64,000 bases of DNA from Escherichia phage vB_EcoM_Goslar, in sequence record NC_048170.1; one strand, 5' to 3'. The position numbers and the translations under genes are program-made. Under the pieces are notes generated by a model. It did no database searches. It was not told the origin of the DNA and saw nothing but the letters and a program-made list of their open reading frames with translations. Shown piece by piece: positions 8,215-18,038 of this stretch (positions are counted from its first letter, which is position 1; every line of letters starts with the position of its first letter).

Positions 8215-9654
8215 CTTACGTGCACCGACGTTTATTAACTCATGGTTATCCACTGAAATACGGCGTTAGGGAAATAATCCTTCTTGCCGCGTTTTGAGAT
8301 TTGCAATGCCATATTACTCGGAGACAATCTGTAATGCCATGCTGCTTCATCGATAGAACTAAACTTCTTTGTTTCACCGTTATCAAAGATGATTTTCAAC
8401 GCCAGTTTAGGTAAATCGTCTTCCGTTTCTACTAATTCGAAAGAATCGATATTCTCTGCCAGCGTCAACGGATCAACTGGTAATATCAGCCAACCAGCAC
8501 GCTGCAATCCTCCACGTAGACTAATTTGTTTATTCAACGCAGGGGTAGCCATGCCAACTAACTTAGCAGCCAGCTTGCGGTCTTTAATATAAAGACGATA
8601 ATCTCCGGTATTATTAATAGCATACACACCAAAGTTATTGAACGATACCTTTCCAGCATCGGAACTAGTAAAGCCTACAAAGTCGTGGCTGTCGGTAGCC
8701 ACGTCGTATTTAAATGCTAATGGCTTGTTTCGACTGCCGCTAAGATACTTCTTGGCTGTAGATACCGATATGTTGAGATATCGTCCAATAGCATTCAAAC
8801 TTTCTAGTTCGATGATTTCTCCTGTCAATATGTCCTTTAACCGAACATTACCCATCGGTATTGGTGGTTTACCGACATAACCCAATTCACGATATGCGTG
8901 TTTCAAGTTATCTGAATCAGTAGCCCATTCCAAATTTTCTAGTCTGTTATCCCAACGCACCCCATTAAGATGATTAGGGACACGACGGATTATACCTGAC
9001 GTCGGATCTGGGTTAAATGTTTCAAGGACAATCTGATGATGGTATTTCACTTTATTGTTCCTAGTGAAAGCGCGATAGTTGTTTTTGCCCGACTTGGGTG
9101 GTTCAGTACGAAACAACACTGTCAGACTAGACACATCTACTATCGTACCGTTCTTATTAACAACGATACCATCAAAACCATTAACAGGACGATAATCAGA
9201 CAAACAATCTTCAGAAATTGCCTGTCCAACTAAAGGTTCACTCAATTTGACCTCCTTTATAAAAGAAGTCGGTGCACGTAATTATCGACTATATCTTCAT
9301 CCTCGTTGCGAGGAGTCTCCCGTTTTGGTCTGTGTTTAACAGAGCCTACTCTACTCGACATCGCGTCTTTCGATAGTCTGTGAGCACACATCTTAACGAA
9401 CATTCGTGGATTCCTAAACAGGTGAACGTTCTTGTTGAGATGCTTCGCTGCGGATTATTCCCGTCCTACCTCTTTTACCCTACCCAGTTCATTACGCTGG
9501 CCCTCATCTGTGTCACCACGATGAGTTGGTGTGTAGTCCGATTACAGAAACTTCCCGTCAATTAGAGAGTTTTAACTACGTTCCTGTTACCAGAAACCCG
9601 ACTCCGACGATATCAATAAATCAACGTAAGTTATTGATTTAATTGAAGAAACTG
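8215..9654 (-). mobile_element. group I intron 1 (about 1440 nt) in the nvRNAP beta' gene, carrying an HNH homing endonuclease ORF
   Basis: Minus-strand elements: IGS GAGUCGG (plus 9598..9604) pairs with exon end CCGACUU (U-G wobble at the splice site); P AAUUGACGGGAA (9552..9563); Q AAUCCGCAGC (9447..9456); R GUGCUCACAGACUAUCG (9371..9387); S AAGAUAUAGUCG (9286..9297). The HNH ORF sits in the loop of a perfect 10-bp stem (9268..9277 / 8220..8229); the intron ends GUAAG at 8215. Confidence 0.6.
8235..9245 (-). CDS. HNH homing endonuclease (intron-encoded)
   Basis: 336-aa ORF with HNH motif RRVPNHLNGVRWDNRLENLEWATDSDN and a helix-turn-helix-like DNA-binding segment (SLNAIGRYLNISVSTAKKYL). TTG start 4-5 nt after AAGGAGGU. 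Confidence 0.8.
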   Translation of the reverse strand: MSEPLVGQAISEDCLSDYRPVNGFDGIVVNKNGTIVDVSSLTVLFRTEPPKSGKNNYRAFTRNNKVKYHHQIVLETFNPDPTSGIIRRVPNHLNGVRWDNRLENLEWATDSDNLKHAYRELGYVGKPPIPMGNVRLKDILTGEIIELESLNAIGRYLNISVSTAKKYLSGSRNKPLAFKYDVATDSHDFVGFTSSDAGKVSFNNFGVYAINNTGDYRLYIKDRKLAAKLVGMATPALNKQISLRGGLQRAGWLILPVDPLTLAENIDSFELVETEDDLPKLALKIIFDNGETKKFSSIDEAAWHYRLSPSNMALQISKRGKKDYFPNAVFQWITMS

Positions 9655-10910
9655 AAGTCGGCATTATAACCTTTGAGGATCATCACGCTTAACCCGATGG
9701 TGTTATCCTGCGGATCGCGTTTAACCTTGGTGATTTCAAGACATTGGTTACTGCTTCGGTCAAGTGATGGGTTTCGAACAAAGCCACACACAATCCCATC
9801 GAACGGTGTATCAGCAATAAGCTCATCGTGCAGCTCGCTCATCATCGGATGATAATTACGGACATGTTCCGCAACGAACGCACGTGCTGCTCTCGGTGAA
9901 TAACCACGATGGAATAACTTGGATTGGATATGTTCTTTATTGGTTAAAGTAAATGGTGCGTATGGGAAATGCAGATGATAATAACGATGGTTCGCTGTTA
10001 TCGAACTGATTACAGTACGCGTGGTGAATGGATGTAATGTACCTAATATGTTTTTACGTGTAATACCTTTCTTCTTACCGATGAACTCATCGAAAATCGC
10101 CGCGTGGTATTGCAGCAGCTTCAATTGCACTTTCGCCATCCAGTTTTCTTTCTTTCTGGCGCTCAAAGGTGTTGTTGGATGATAGATACTATTCAACGTA
10201 CCGATAGCATCGATCGCACCTTCCATTTTGCTATCTGCATAACGACCGGTCGGCGTATTTTCGATAACGAACATCATGGCCGCAGGAAAGCTGATATACT
10301 GACTGAAGAACTTATCACGATGGATTCGGATGAATTCTCGTAGCGTGTCAACTTTCTCCGTGTTCTTCGGTCCACGTAACGTAGGTCCTTTATACAAGAT
10401 CTCCATGATGCGATCGAAGTTCTGTATAAAGCTATTTACGCCACGACGTATCCCGAATACATCGAATTGCTGCTCCAGATAGTTCTTGAGTTCGATGGGT
10501 CGTTTTACATTTGGACGGTAACTGGCATCAATGAGCCACGTCATCGTTTCAAAGCTTTTGATATTCAACTCGCTTGCCAGCACGAGATGGACCAACGGGT
10601 TAATGAACGCATCGATTCCTTCAGGAACACGCGCCCAAACCGTCGAACGAATCTCTTGTTCTGCTGGGTAGGTTACAACCGTTTTACAGTTTGGACACAC
10701 CGTGCCGAGTAGCTCACCACGATTGTAGAAACCACAACCACATTGTGGTGTGATATCCAACGTATCGCTGGAATAAACACGGGTGATAAAACTGTTTAAT
10801 TTCTTCTTCTCTTCGACGACTTTTGTATCGTAATCGTTCAACAAAATCGGCGTAAAAGGAAGTTCTGCGAGCTGTCTATCGAAACTCACGATATCGAGCA
10901 TGATGGCCAT
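9655..10910 (-). CDS. non-virion-type RNAP beta' N-terminal subunit, exon 1 (phiKZ gp55-like by position)
   Basis: Zn-binding CGCGFYNRGELLGTVCPNCK, beta' motif FIGKKKGITRKNILGTLHPFTTRTVISSI (cf. [23 protein letters not shown]), and the genomic ORF stops inside the catalytic motif (...ILKGYNADF-SFFN*). AGGAGA RBS before ATG at 10910. ORF track reports 9639..10910. Confidence 0.8.
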
Positions 10911-10952
10911 GGGGTATCTCCTACAAATGAAAAAGAACGTTAGGACGTATAA

Positions 10953-10976
10953 GGGAGGGAGGTTGCCCTCCCTCCC
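10953..10976 (-). terminator. GC-rich hairpin terminator
   Basis: Perfect hairpin gggagggagg-ttgc-cctccctccc followed on the minus strand by a U-rich stretch; lies between the 631-aa gene and the RNAP beta' gene. Confidence 0.55.
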
Positions 10977-11002
10977 GTCAGATTACATCGAACGTTCTTC
11001 CA

Positions 11003-12898
11003 TTAGAACAGGTTGAATGCCCCACCCATGTTGTTAACGCCAACATTCGGACGATCGCTACGTGCGTAGATGTTACCGGAGATGTTACCCAGACCACGAG
11101 CACGTGCTGCCATGTTACCACGAACAGCGGTACCTGCCAGATGCTGGATGTTCTCAGGACGGATGGTGAAGCCAGCATCAGCAGCGGCTTCGATCAGCGC
11201 CTGCAGTGCTAACGGATCGAAGTCGTAACGCATTGCCCAGCCGGTTTGTTCCCAGCTACCAGACAGAACACGATCGATGATTTCGTGACGAGCGACAACA
11301 CGCTGAGACATCGTCATATCGGTACGGTCGAAGCTGTCTTCCCAAGCTTCTACGGTATCCGGGTTAGTGATGTTCATCATGTACAGATCGTCCATATCAC
11401 GAATATCGTGACGGTGACCATCCTGGTGGTTGTAGTGACCCAGCGGGATACGGTTACCGGTAGCGTAGACCAGCGGTAAGCCGTATTGATATTTCTTGCT
11501 GAAGCAACCCAGGGTAACATCATCGAACGCACGGTAAAGCGCTTTGTAACCTTCGGAGATTTCACGGACTTCACCTTCAACTTTGCCCGTATAGATCTTC
11601 TCAGCCGCCGGGATCATACGCAGCAGCCAGCTGTACTCACCTTCTTCCGGTACGTCGATAGAAATCAGCAGAGACGGATACAGTACCTGTTGCAGGAACT
11701 TGTAAATCTGCTCGTTGGTTTGAGTGGACAGATCCAGCGGTGCGGTAACTTCCGGATCCAGTACCATCGCCAGAGCACCCGGGTTATGCGGACCAATACC
11801 ACGGGCAGCGTTGCTGATTAAAGACTGTGCCCACGCCATACCGCTGTTCAGCGTAGCGATGGTGCCAATCAGCCCCAACACGAAAGTGTTCGGCGTGAAC
11901 GCATCCAGCTCCAGCGGGTAAGCGCTGGTCATCACGTAACGCGGCTGGTATTGTACAGTCGGCGGTACCGGATAACCGTTAACCAGAACAGGGCCTTGGT
12001 TGAAGGTCGGGTTCTGCGGGCTGTAGGTCAGGTCGATGTAACCGGTGGTGGCGACCAGACGCTGTTGACTATCGTAATCGCTCATCGCTTGACGGATACG
12101 GTTAGAGATAGTTACAGTGATGTCAGAACGCACAGGGTTACCAACAATATCGCTGTCCTGCATACCGCTGGTGTTATACTGAACGCTGCTGATTGGCTGA
12201 TCGCTTGCCATCATGCCCAGGTTGAACTGCGGCAGACCCAGTTTATCACCGAGACGGATTTCGATCGCGGTTTGGATTGCGTTATCTGCAGCAGACAGCA
12301 GGGTGGTTGCCAGATGCGCAGATTCAGCGGTGATTTCATTGGTCACCACAGCCAGACCAGCGATACGAGCAGTACCATTAGACTTACCGCCAATAGCTGC
12401 ATACATTGCCGCCATGACTTCGTTGATGAACGTACCGTTCAGGTTATCAACCCAGGTACGCGGTACCAGAATGTTACCATGCGGACCTTGTTCTTCACGA
12501 CGCGGCAGCGGAGCCAAACCGGCAACCAGCGGAAGCACATAACCAAAGAAGTGGTTATGGTCACCAACTTTTGCACCACTCATAACGACCAGGGTCGGAT
12601 ACGGTACGCTGTACTGGTTCGGGTCAACCGCAACAAAGATGAAGTCGTCTTTGAACCGGGTATCTTCCAGATATTTCTCCATCAGACGACGGAGATTCAG
12701 TACCTGCTCGGAGCCAGTATTACGGCTAATACGACGGCTCAGTGTACGGTTGATCGTACGCATCGTATGAGTTACTTTAGGCTGGCCAGCAAAATCTGCA
12801 GCGGTTTCCAGCGCCTCATCAGCACGTTGTGCGGTGCGGGTTTCAGCTGCACGAATTTCTACATTATCGTTACCGTTATTACGTACGTCTAAGCCCAT
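11003..12898 (-). CDS. probable phage-nucleus shell protein (chimallin/ChmA-like); highly expressed structural-type gene
   Basis: 631-aa ORF immediately upstream of, and co-oriented with, the nvRNAP beta' gene, as phiKZ gp54 is to gp55; strong terminator after it. Identity is inferred from size and synteny, not from motifs. Confidence 0.45.
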   Translation of the reverse strand: MGLDVRNNGNDNVEIRAAETRTAQRADEALETAADFAGQPKVTHTMRTINRTLSRRISRNTGSEQVLNLRRLMEKYLEDTRFKDDFIFVAVDPNQYSVPYPTLVVMSGAKVGDHNHFFGYVLPLVAGLAPLPRREEQGPHGNILVPRTWVDNLNGTFINEVMAAMYAAIGGKSNGTARIAGLAVVTNEITAESAHLATTLLSAADNAIQTAIEIRLGDKLGLPQFNLGMMASDQPISSVQYNTSGMQDSDIVGNPVRSDITVTISNRIRQAMSDYDSQQRLVATTGYIDLTYSPQNPTFNQGPVLVNGYPVPPTVQYQPRYVMTSAYPLELDAFTPNTFVLGLIGTIATLNSGMAWAQSLISNAARGIGPHNPGALAMVLDPEVTAPLDLSTQTNEQIYKFLQQVLYPSLLISIDVPEEGEYSWLLRMIPAAEKIYTGKVEGEVREISEGYKALYRAFDDVTLGCFSKKYQYGLPLVYATGNRIPLGHYNHQDGHRHDIRDMDDLYMMNITNPDTVEAWEDSFDRTDMTMSQRVVARHEIIDRVLSGSWEQTGWAMRYDFDPLALQALIEAAADAGFTIRPENIQHLAGTAVRGNMAARARGLGNISGNIYARSDRPNVGVNNMGGAFNLF

Positions 12899-13152
12899 TT
12901 GGGATTCCTCTTTTCTTAAACTTTATTAAATGACGTCATTGAATCAGCTTCTACTCGCTCATTCACCTAGGTAATATAACCCTGAAATTTTTTTCAATAT
13001 TGGTGTAACCACATTGAACGATATAAACCCCTAGGCGAACGCTGCCGAGAAGCAACATTCTTTCTACATATAATCAGGATATGTCTGTAAACTTTTACTT
13101 CTCTTATTGAGAGTAATGTCATATCCGTTTACTACCTTCTTACGGAGTTCGT

Positions 13153-14247
13153 ATGTTTCGTGTTTTAAATAACCTCCCGCGAACATCATCGGGTGTGCAA
13201 CCCGTCCCTCAGAAAGACTATCTAATACGCGAAGTTCAAAGAAACCTACAGACAATCCAGAACCACTATCAAGGTTTTACCTTCGCGGTTCAGAGCGATC
13301 ACATCCTTGCGTTGCTGCTCGCACAGCTCCCTATGAGATACGACATCTCAGTACAAACTTACTACGACATGATTCTCGATCTTACCCCAGAATTGGGTAA
13401 TCGTGTCAAGTTGACAACATCAAGATACGCGGGTAAGTTATTCGACGGTGCTTTCTATCCGGGACTGCACGAAGCTATTATCGCAACCGGTGAAAGTCGT
13501 CTTATTTCACGTGATGTTCTTGACAACTGGCGTAATTGGTCACCAGTTAGAATCGTGACGCACCCATACGCAAATCTTCGTTACATTCCTCTTCACCAAA
13601 AGCAGGTTGAAGAAGGACGAGGTTTTGCGGTCATTATGGTTGATGTGCCTTTGTTAGCGCTACAGTATCGAATGTGGTCTTTGGTCATGGGTCATAACGT
13701 CGACGGTAAATGGGTGGTTAAAGAACCGGTTACAAGCTTCCTTGCGAGTTTTCCGTTGGTTAACGCATTATACTCACACAACGATGTTGTTATACGCAAT
13801 CGTTGTTTGTGGGTATCACCGGCTAAGAATCCACTCAAATCACCAATTTACGTTAACGACCTTGATAACGTATTCAGCCAAGTCGTTCTGTCCGTACAGC
13901 ATCATTTATTACGAAGAAGACGAAGCTACACCGATATGCTTAAACAGATACCGAGTTTATACGGGGATCAGTACCAAGCAACCCGAATGGGTTACACCGT
14001 CGATCTTCGACAAACACGATGGGCAAGGGATCTGGGTTGTCTGTCATTATGGCAACAACTCGTCACATTGCAAAACGTATCTGAAAGCGTCGGGTTCAGC
14101 AGTCAAATCGATAACGACCTGTACCGTGCTGCTGACCGTAGTCTAAAAGAAGGTAACTGGGAGTCCTCTCCGTTACCTGGCGATTTAAGACGTGAAGTTA
14201 TCGCACAGGTTGCCGACCTCTTAAAAATTCTTCCCGCCGGTGCATAA
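13153..14247 (+). CDS. hypothetical protein
   Basis: 364-aa plus-strand ORF, divergent from the 631-aa gene and convergent with the 717-aa gene. Confidence 0.6.
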   Translation: MFRVLNNLPRTSSGVQPVPQKDYLIREVQRNLQTIQNHYQGFTFAVQSDHILALLLAQLPMRYDISVQTYYDMILDLTPELGNRVKLTTSRYAGKLFDGAFYPGLHEAIIATGESRLISRDVLDNWRNWSPVRIVTHPYANLRYIPLHQKQVEEGRGFAVIMVDVPLLALQYRMWSLVMGHNVDGKWVVKEPVTSFLASFPLVNALYSHNDVVIRNRCLWVSPAKNPLKSPIYVNDLDNVFSQVVLSVQHHLLRRRRSYTDMLKQIPSLYGDQYQATRMGYTVDLRQTRWARDLGCLSLWQQLVTLQNVSESVGFSSQIDNDLYRAADRSLKEGNWESSPLPGDLRREVIAQVADLLKILPAGA

Positions 14248-14257
14248 TCACCCCCCT

Positions 14258-14297
14258 CTTCCCTTGCATCCTCCCAACCCGTAAGGGAAGGGAGGAT
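14258..14297. terminator. bidirectional GC-rich hairpin between convergent genes
   Basis: atcctccc...gggaggat and cttccctt...aagggaag pairings within the 66-bp gap between the plus gene ending 14247 and the minus gene ending 14314. Confidence 0.45.
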
Positions 14298-14313
14298 GGG
14301 GTGGTGGGTTATG

Positions 14314-16467
14314 TTATTCTGCGGTTTCTTGCTTCGGTAAATAACTTGCTGCAATGTCTTGGGCTAACAATGTATTGTTTTTATTCGAGATGAAAATACC
14401 GTAACTTTCCATTAACGCGTAATACGAACGAACGAGCGTAGAGATCAATCGACGAATATCCATACCTTGAATAAAGATATCAGGAAGCCCGGAGGCTTCG
14501 ATCACCGGTAATGGTATCGTTAAGTTGCTTATCGTTTTCTTATCGTTACGTACAATCCAATCACGGAAACGTTGTTGTAACCCTTTATCCTCCCAGGAAT
14601 CAATCCAATCGTTAAGAAGCGTTTTGTTCTTCGTCGCCAACGGCACACGAACCCCAACATAGGGCGGTTCCTGGCAATGGCCGTACGATTGAGCAAACAC
14701 CTCTTCCCACATATCGTAAGACTGTTTCGTTACCGCAACATGTGGCTTCACTTTAACACGTGTTAAGAAATCGGGATCACCTCGTTTCATGGACTCAACG
14801 ATTTCGTTTTCTAACGAGATAATATCATCAAGAACCAATCGAATGCTGATCTTCTCGTTACGTAACAGCTTATCCATGATACCACACATCATGCGTTCAA
14901 CACGTTTGACGATCATTTTTGGTGCTGACGCGTCACGCATAACCGGACCTTTCAATTCCAGCTTCGGTGGGTTGATAGGAACCCCCTCACGCATGGTCAT
15001 GTAACCGTAATAGTTTTTACCCATCGAGGTTAACGACAGAATCAAGAACATATATTCGTTCTTCATTTCCATCACGTACATATGCTCTTTCGCTACACCG
15101 ATATTACCAGAACACATCGCCATCAGATGAACCGTAATCTGCGTAACCAGATAGATAAGCGTATTTGCTAAGCGCGTCGAAACTGGATTGATCTCCATAT
15201 TTCCAAATCGCCACTGCACCCACTCCTGGCAGGTAAACACCGTCGAGTCGGTATCAGACAACACACCCACTTCACGGATTGCTGATGGGAAAGCATAAAC
15301 GCCAGCCGGTTGGTTCTCGGTACGCCAGAATGCCATAATCAAATCTGCGTAGCTTTGAATACGCTGTAGCATTAATTTTGTCGTCGCCGCAGTAAGACGA
15401 TAACCAAGTTCATTTCCTTTTTCTAGCGCTACGTAAATCGCTTCCCCGTTCAAGAACTCCGTGCATTGTGCTGTAATCCAAGCGACCGTGTTGTTATCCA
15501 TGGAAGCAATAATGGCTTTAGCCTCTTCCATCGTTTCAACAGGTTCGGATGCCAGCTCACATAACGAGTCAAGAAAATCTCGAACAAATTCAGGATTAAG
15601 CTCACGTAACGAGTACAGGTTATTGCTGTACATGTAGCAGGCACGTTCCAACGGTGTTAAACCGGTAATTAACTCCCGGATAGTCAGTTCTTTCTCTGGG
15701 TCGAAAGTATATCGATGCAAGCATTTCGATACGTTAGCCCAAACCTCTTCCGGCGTAGGGTAATGTAGTTTGTATTTTACCATTACCTGCTCAATGGCTT
15801 TGCGATCGCTGTTACGAACAATACTTACGATGTTTTCAATTGCGATATCACAATCGTAATAATGGAAATTGCCCGCAAGGAAGCGTTCGTTGTTCGCATT
15901 GGCTGAACCTGAAGCACAGCGACATGTTGTCGTTAAACTTGGATGCGCGATCGGATTATAAAAAGGGTTAAACTTGGACGCCTGGGTTCCTGACAAACTG
16001 TTGTTGTCTAACTTGGTGTTGGTTTGTCGTTTATCGTGTAACTCAGCTTCGTCTTTACGTCCGTGTGCTTGCGCTATCGACATTTGTTTCTTTTGTTTCT
16101 TACGCAACTTACCGTTTTCAACCGCGAAGTCGCTTAGCACACTGGAACGTGTTTCACGTGGATAACAGTTAGCCCATACCGGCGTGATAATTAAATTATT
16201 TTCTTTAATATCATTGAAGTATTGGCTGAACTTGATGACTTCTTTTTCACGATTTCCTTCGGTACGCTGTGTTAATACAAGACAGTCGGGATCAACCATC
16301 CCGTATTTTCCACCGGGACGAACCGTATCAAGGACAAACTGCAACGCTTCCTGCTGTGATATCCCACGCATGCGCATTAAGAACAGGGTATAATCCTGTA
16401 CCGCTTCTTTGGTCATATCCAACGTACGACCATATCCGTTTTCATCGTAAAAGAACGGATTTTCCAT
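14314..16467 (-). CDS. hypothetical protein with weak polymerase/nucleotidyltransferase-like motifs
   Basis: 717-aa ORF with GGAGGA RBS. Contains KLDNNSLSG (KxxxNSx[Y/S]G-like), MYSNNLYSL and VLSDTDS (cf. pol B YGDTDS), but the motif order is not canonical. Confidence 0.6.
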   Translation of the reverse strand: MENPFFYDENGYGRTLDMTKEAVQDYTLFLMRMRGISQQEALQFVLDTVRPGGKYGMVDPDCLVLTQRTEGNREKEVIKFSQYFNDIKENNLIITPVWANCYPRETRSSVLSDFAVENGKLRKKQKKQMSIAQAHGRKDEAELHDKRQTNTKLDNNSLSGTQASKFNPFYNPIAHPSLTTTCRCASGSANANNERFLAGNFHYYDCDIAIENIVSIVRNSDRKAIEQVMVKYKLHYPTPEEVWANVSKCLHRYTFDPEKELTIRELITGLTPLERACYMYSNNLYSLRELNPEFVRDFLDSLCELASEPVETMEEAKAIIASMDNNTVAWITAQCTEFLNGEAIYVALEKGNELGYRLTAATTKLMLQRIQSYADLIMAFWRTENQPAGVYAFPSAIREVGVLSDTDSTVFTCQEWVQWRFGNMEINPVSTRLANTLIYLVTQITVHLMAMCSGNIGVAKEHMYVMEMKNEYMFLILSLTSMGKNYYGYMTMREGVPINPPKLELKGPVMRDASAPKMIVKRVERMMCGIMDKLLRNEKISIRLVLDDIISLENEIVESMKRGDPDFLTRVKVKPHVAVTKQSYDMWEEVFAQSYGHCQEPPYVGVRVPLATKNKTLLNDWIDSWEDKGLQQRFRDWIVRNDKKTISNLTIPLPVIEASGLPDIFIQGMDIRRLISTLVRSYYALMESYGIFISNKNNTLLAQDIAASYLPKQETAE

Positions 16468-16765
16468 AAATCCTCCAAAAGTTATTTAGTCTGTCTACAT
16501 CATCTCGTATATCTGTTAAAAAAGAAGGACGGCATAAAAAAGAACCGATCCAGCCGAAGCCAGATCGGTTAAAAAGGATAATAACTGACAGAAAGATATC
16601 GATGATGTTCGTGAAACAAGATCTTCTCTCGTGTACAATGATGCTAGATCAGAGGGAGGTTGTAACACGAGAGGTGGTTCGCCAAAGAAGGAATAAAAAC
16701 ACGAACCTATCTTATTTCACTGATGGCACTAACCACTCAAAATATATAGTACTGTATGTAAAAGT

Positions 16766-17179
16766 TTACTGATTAATCAAGTCGTTAGCAACAATCTTGG
16801 TGTAACCTGCCTGATTAAGAATCTGATTAATTTTCGTTACGTCGGTCGCATCCTCAATAACGATGCTGGGTTTATAGATCAGCGTCTTGGTAACGACGAT
16901 TGTACTCTCCTTAATCCAAGGAATCCCTAGAATCACATACTCGCCATCGGCTGTAATGACCTCGACGTAATTGTATTTCGTCGGATCGTTCGGTACACTA
17001 GACGGGAGCCGGGAATAAATCTGTTGGTGAATGGCGTCTACATCACGGCCGTTGCGCACAGCCGTACGATAGTTGTACACGGCGCTAATTTCTACTCCGT
17101 TGAAGTTAACCCCAAGTTCTGGGGCGTATACATCAAAACTCACAACAGAGCCAATCTTTTCTAAATCAGAAGCTGGCAT
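16766..17179 (-). CDS. hypothetical protein
   Basis: 137-aa ORF. Confidence 0.55.
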   Translation of the reverse strand: MPASDLEKIGSVVSFDVYAPELGVNFNGVEISAVYNYRTAVRNGRDVDAIHQQIYSRLPSSVPNDPTKYNYVEVITADGEYVILGIPWIKESTIVVTKTLIYKPSIVIEDATDVTKINQILNQAGYTKIVANDLINQ

Positions 17180-17190
17180 AATAGCATCCT

Positions 17191-17712
17191 TTATTTAAAA
17201 ATGTATTCGTATCCGAAGGTCGTCGCCGACCAGACCCGGATAGATGATAGTGTTCCGCCACGATAAAACGTTTTTGTGAATTCCATATCCTGGGCAACAC
17301 GATAATAAACACGTCCGATAATACGCACGATAAGGTTTCGTGATAACGATCTCTCCTCGCAGTATTCATCGATAAAGTCATCGTCGATATCCGATAAGAC
17401 AACATCCGCAATTTCTTGCAGTAGGTTCCTCATCAGCATCTGCCTTCCTTCGGTACCCCACCCAGACAAACAGTAATCGTCTTCTGCCTGACTATAGATG
17501 TCGTTAACCGCCTGTTCGAGCAGTTGCTCAAGATAGTAGTCATCGCGTTTTATAACGTGGCGACGGCGCTCAGTGGCGTATTTTTCCATCCTGTGTTTCT
17601 CTTGTTCGGCGTATGTATTAACGACGCCACAGTCTTTTCTGGATCGTCCCACAATGCACGACGAAAACTGGATACTACCATAACGGTAGGATAGATTTGT
17701 ACAACCTCCCAT
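17191..17712 (-). CDS. hypothetical protein (true start probably internal, near 17589)
   Basis: 173-aa ORF; its N-terminal 40 codons overlap the upstream gene and look non-protein-like; MEKYATERRRHV is a plausible start. Confidence 0.4.
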   Translation of the reverse strand: MGGCTNLSYRYGSIQFSSCIVGRSRKDCGVVNTYAEQEKHRMEKYATERRRHVIKRDDYYLEQLLEQAVNDIYSQAEDDYCLSGWGTEGRQMLMRNLLQEIADVVLSDIDDDFIDEYCEERSLSRNLIVRIIGRVYYRVAQDMEFTKTFYRGGTLSSIRVWSATTFGYEYIFK

Positions 17713-18038
17713 CCGTAACGATGTGCGTTAGTCGTACGTCCGACATTGAACAGACATAGCTGATTTAAGAAACAGAGCTGCATCTTCGTAAACAACACCA
17801 TGTCTTCACGTTTAACGTATCCGAGGATATACGCATTCTCGAACGCCTCGCGTGACAAGACGGGACGATTAAGATACCGCAACGACAGTACCAACAACGT
17901 TGTTATGCGCAACGGATCTTCTGGGTCATTCATGGTGCTCAGCTCTGCTTGTAACCAGTCAGGGATAGTAACCGTCAGACGATAGGTATCTGTTCCACGA
18001 TCAACCACATTCAATGTTGAAAAAGGCAACATATCCAT
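17550..18038 (-). CDS. hypothetical protein
   Basis: 162-aa ORF; C-terminal overlap with the next ORF. Confidence 0.45.
   Translation of the reverse strand: MDMLPFSTLNVVDRGTDTYRLTVTIPDWLQAELSTMNDPEDPLRITTLLVLSLRYLNRPVLSREAFENAYILGYVKREDMVLFTKMQLCFLNQLCLFNVGRTTNAHRYGWEVVQIYPTVMVVSSFRRALWDDPEKTVASLIHTPNKRNTGWKNTPLSAVATL

Noticed and set aside
11951-12892. 313-aa plus-strand ORF (and several shorter ones, 11246..11921) antisense to the chimallin-like gene
   Set aside because: Fully embedded antisense to a long, codon-biased minus-strand gene; the translation is low-complexity and Arg/Thr-rich, typical of a spurious antisense frame.
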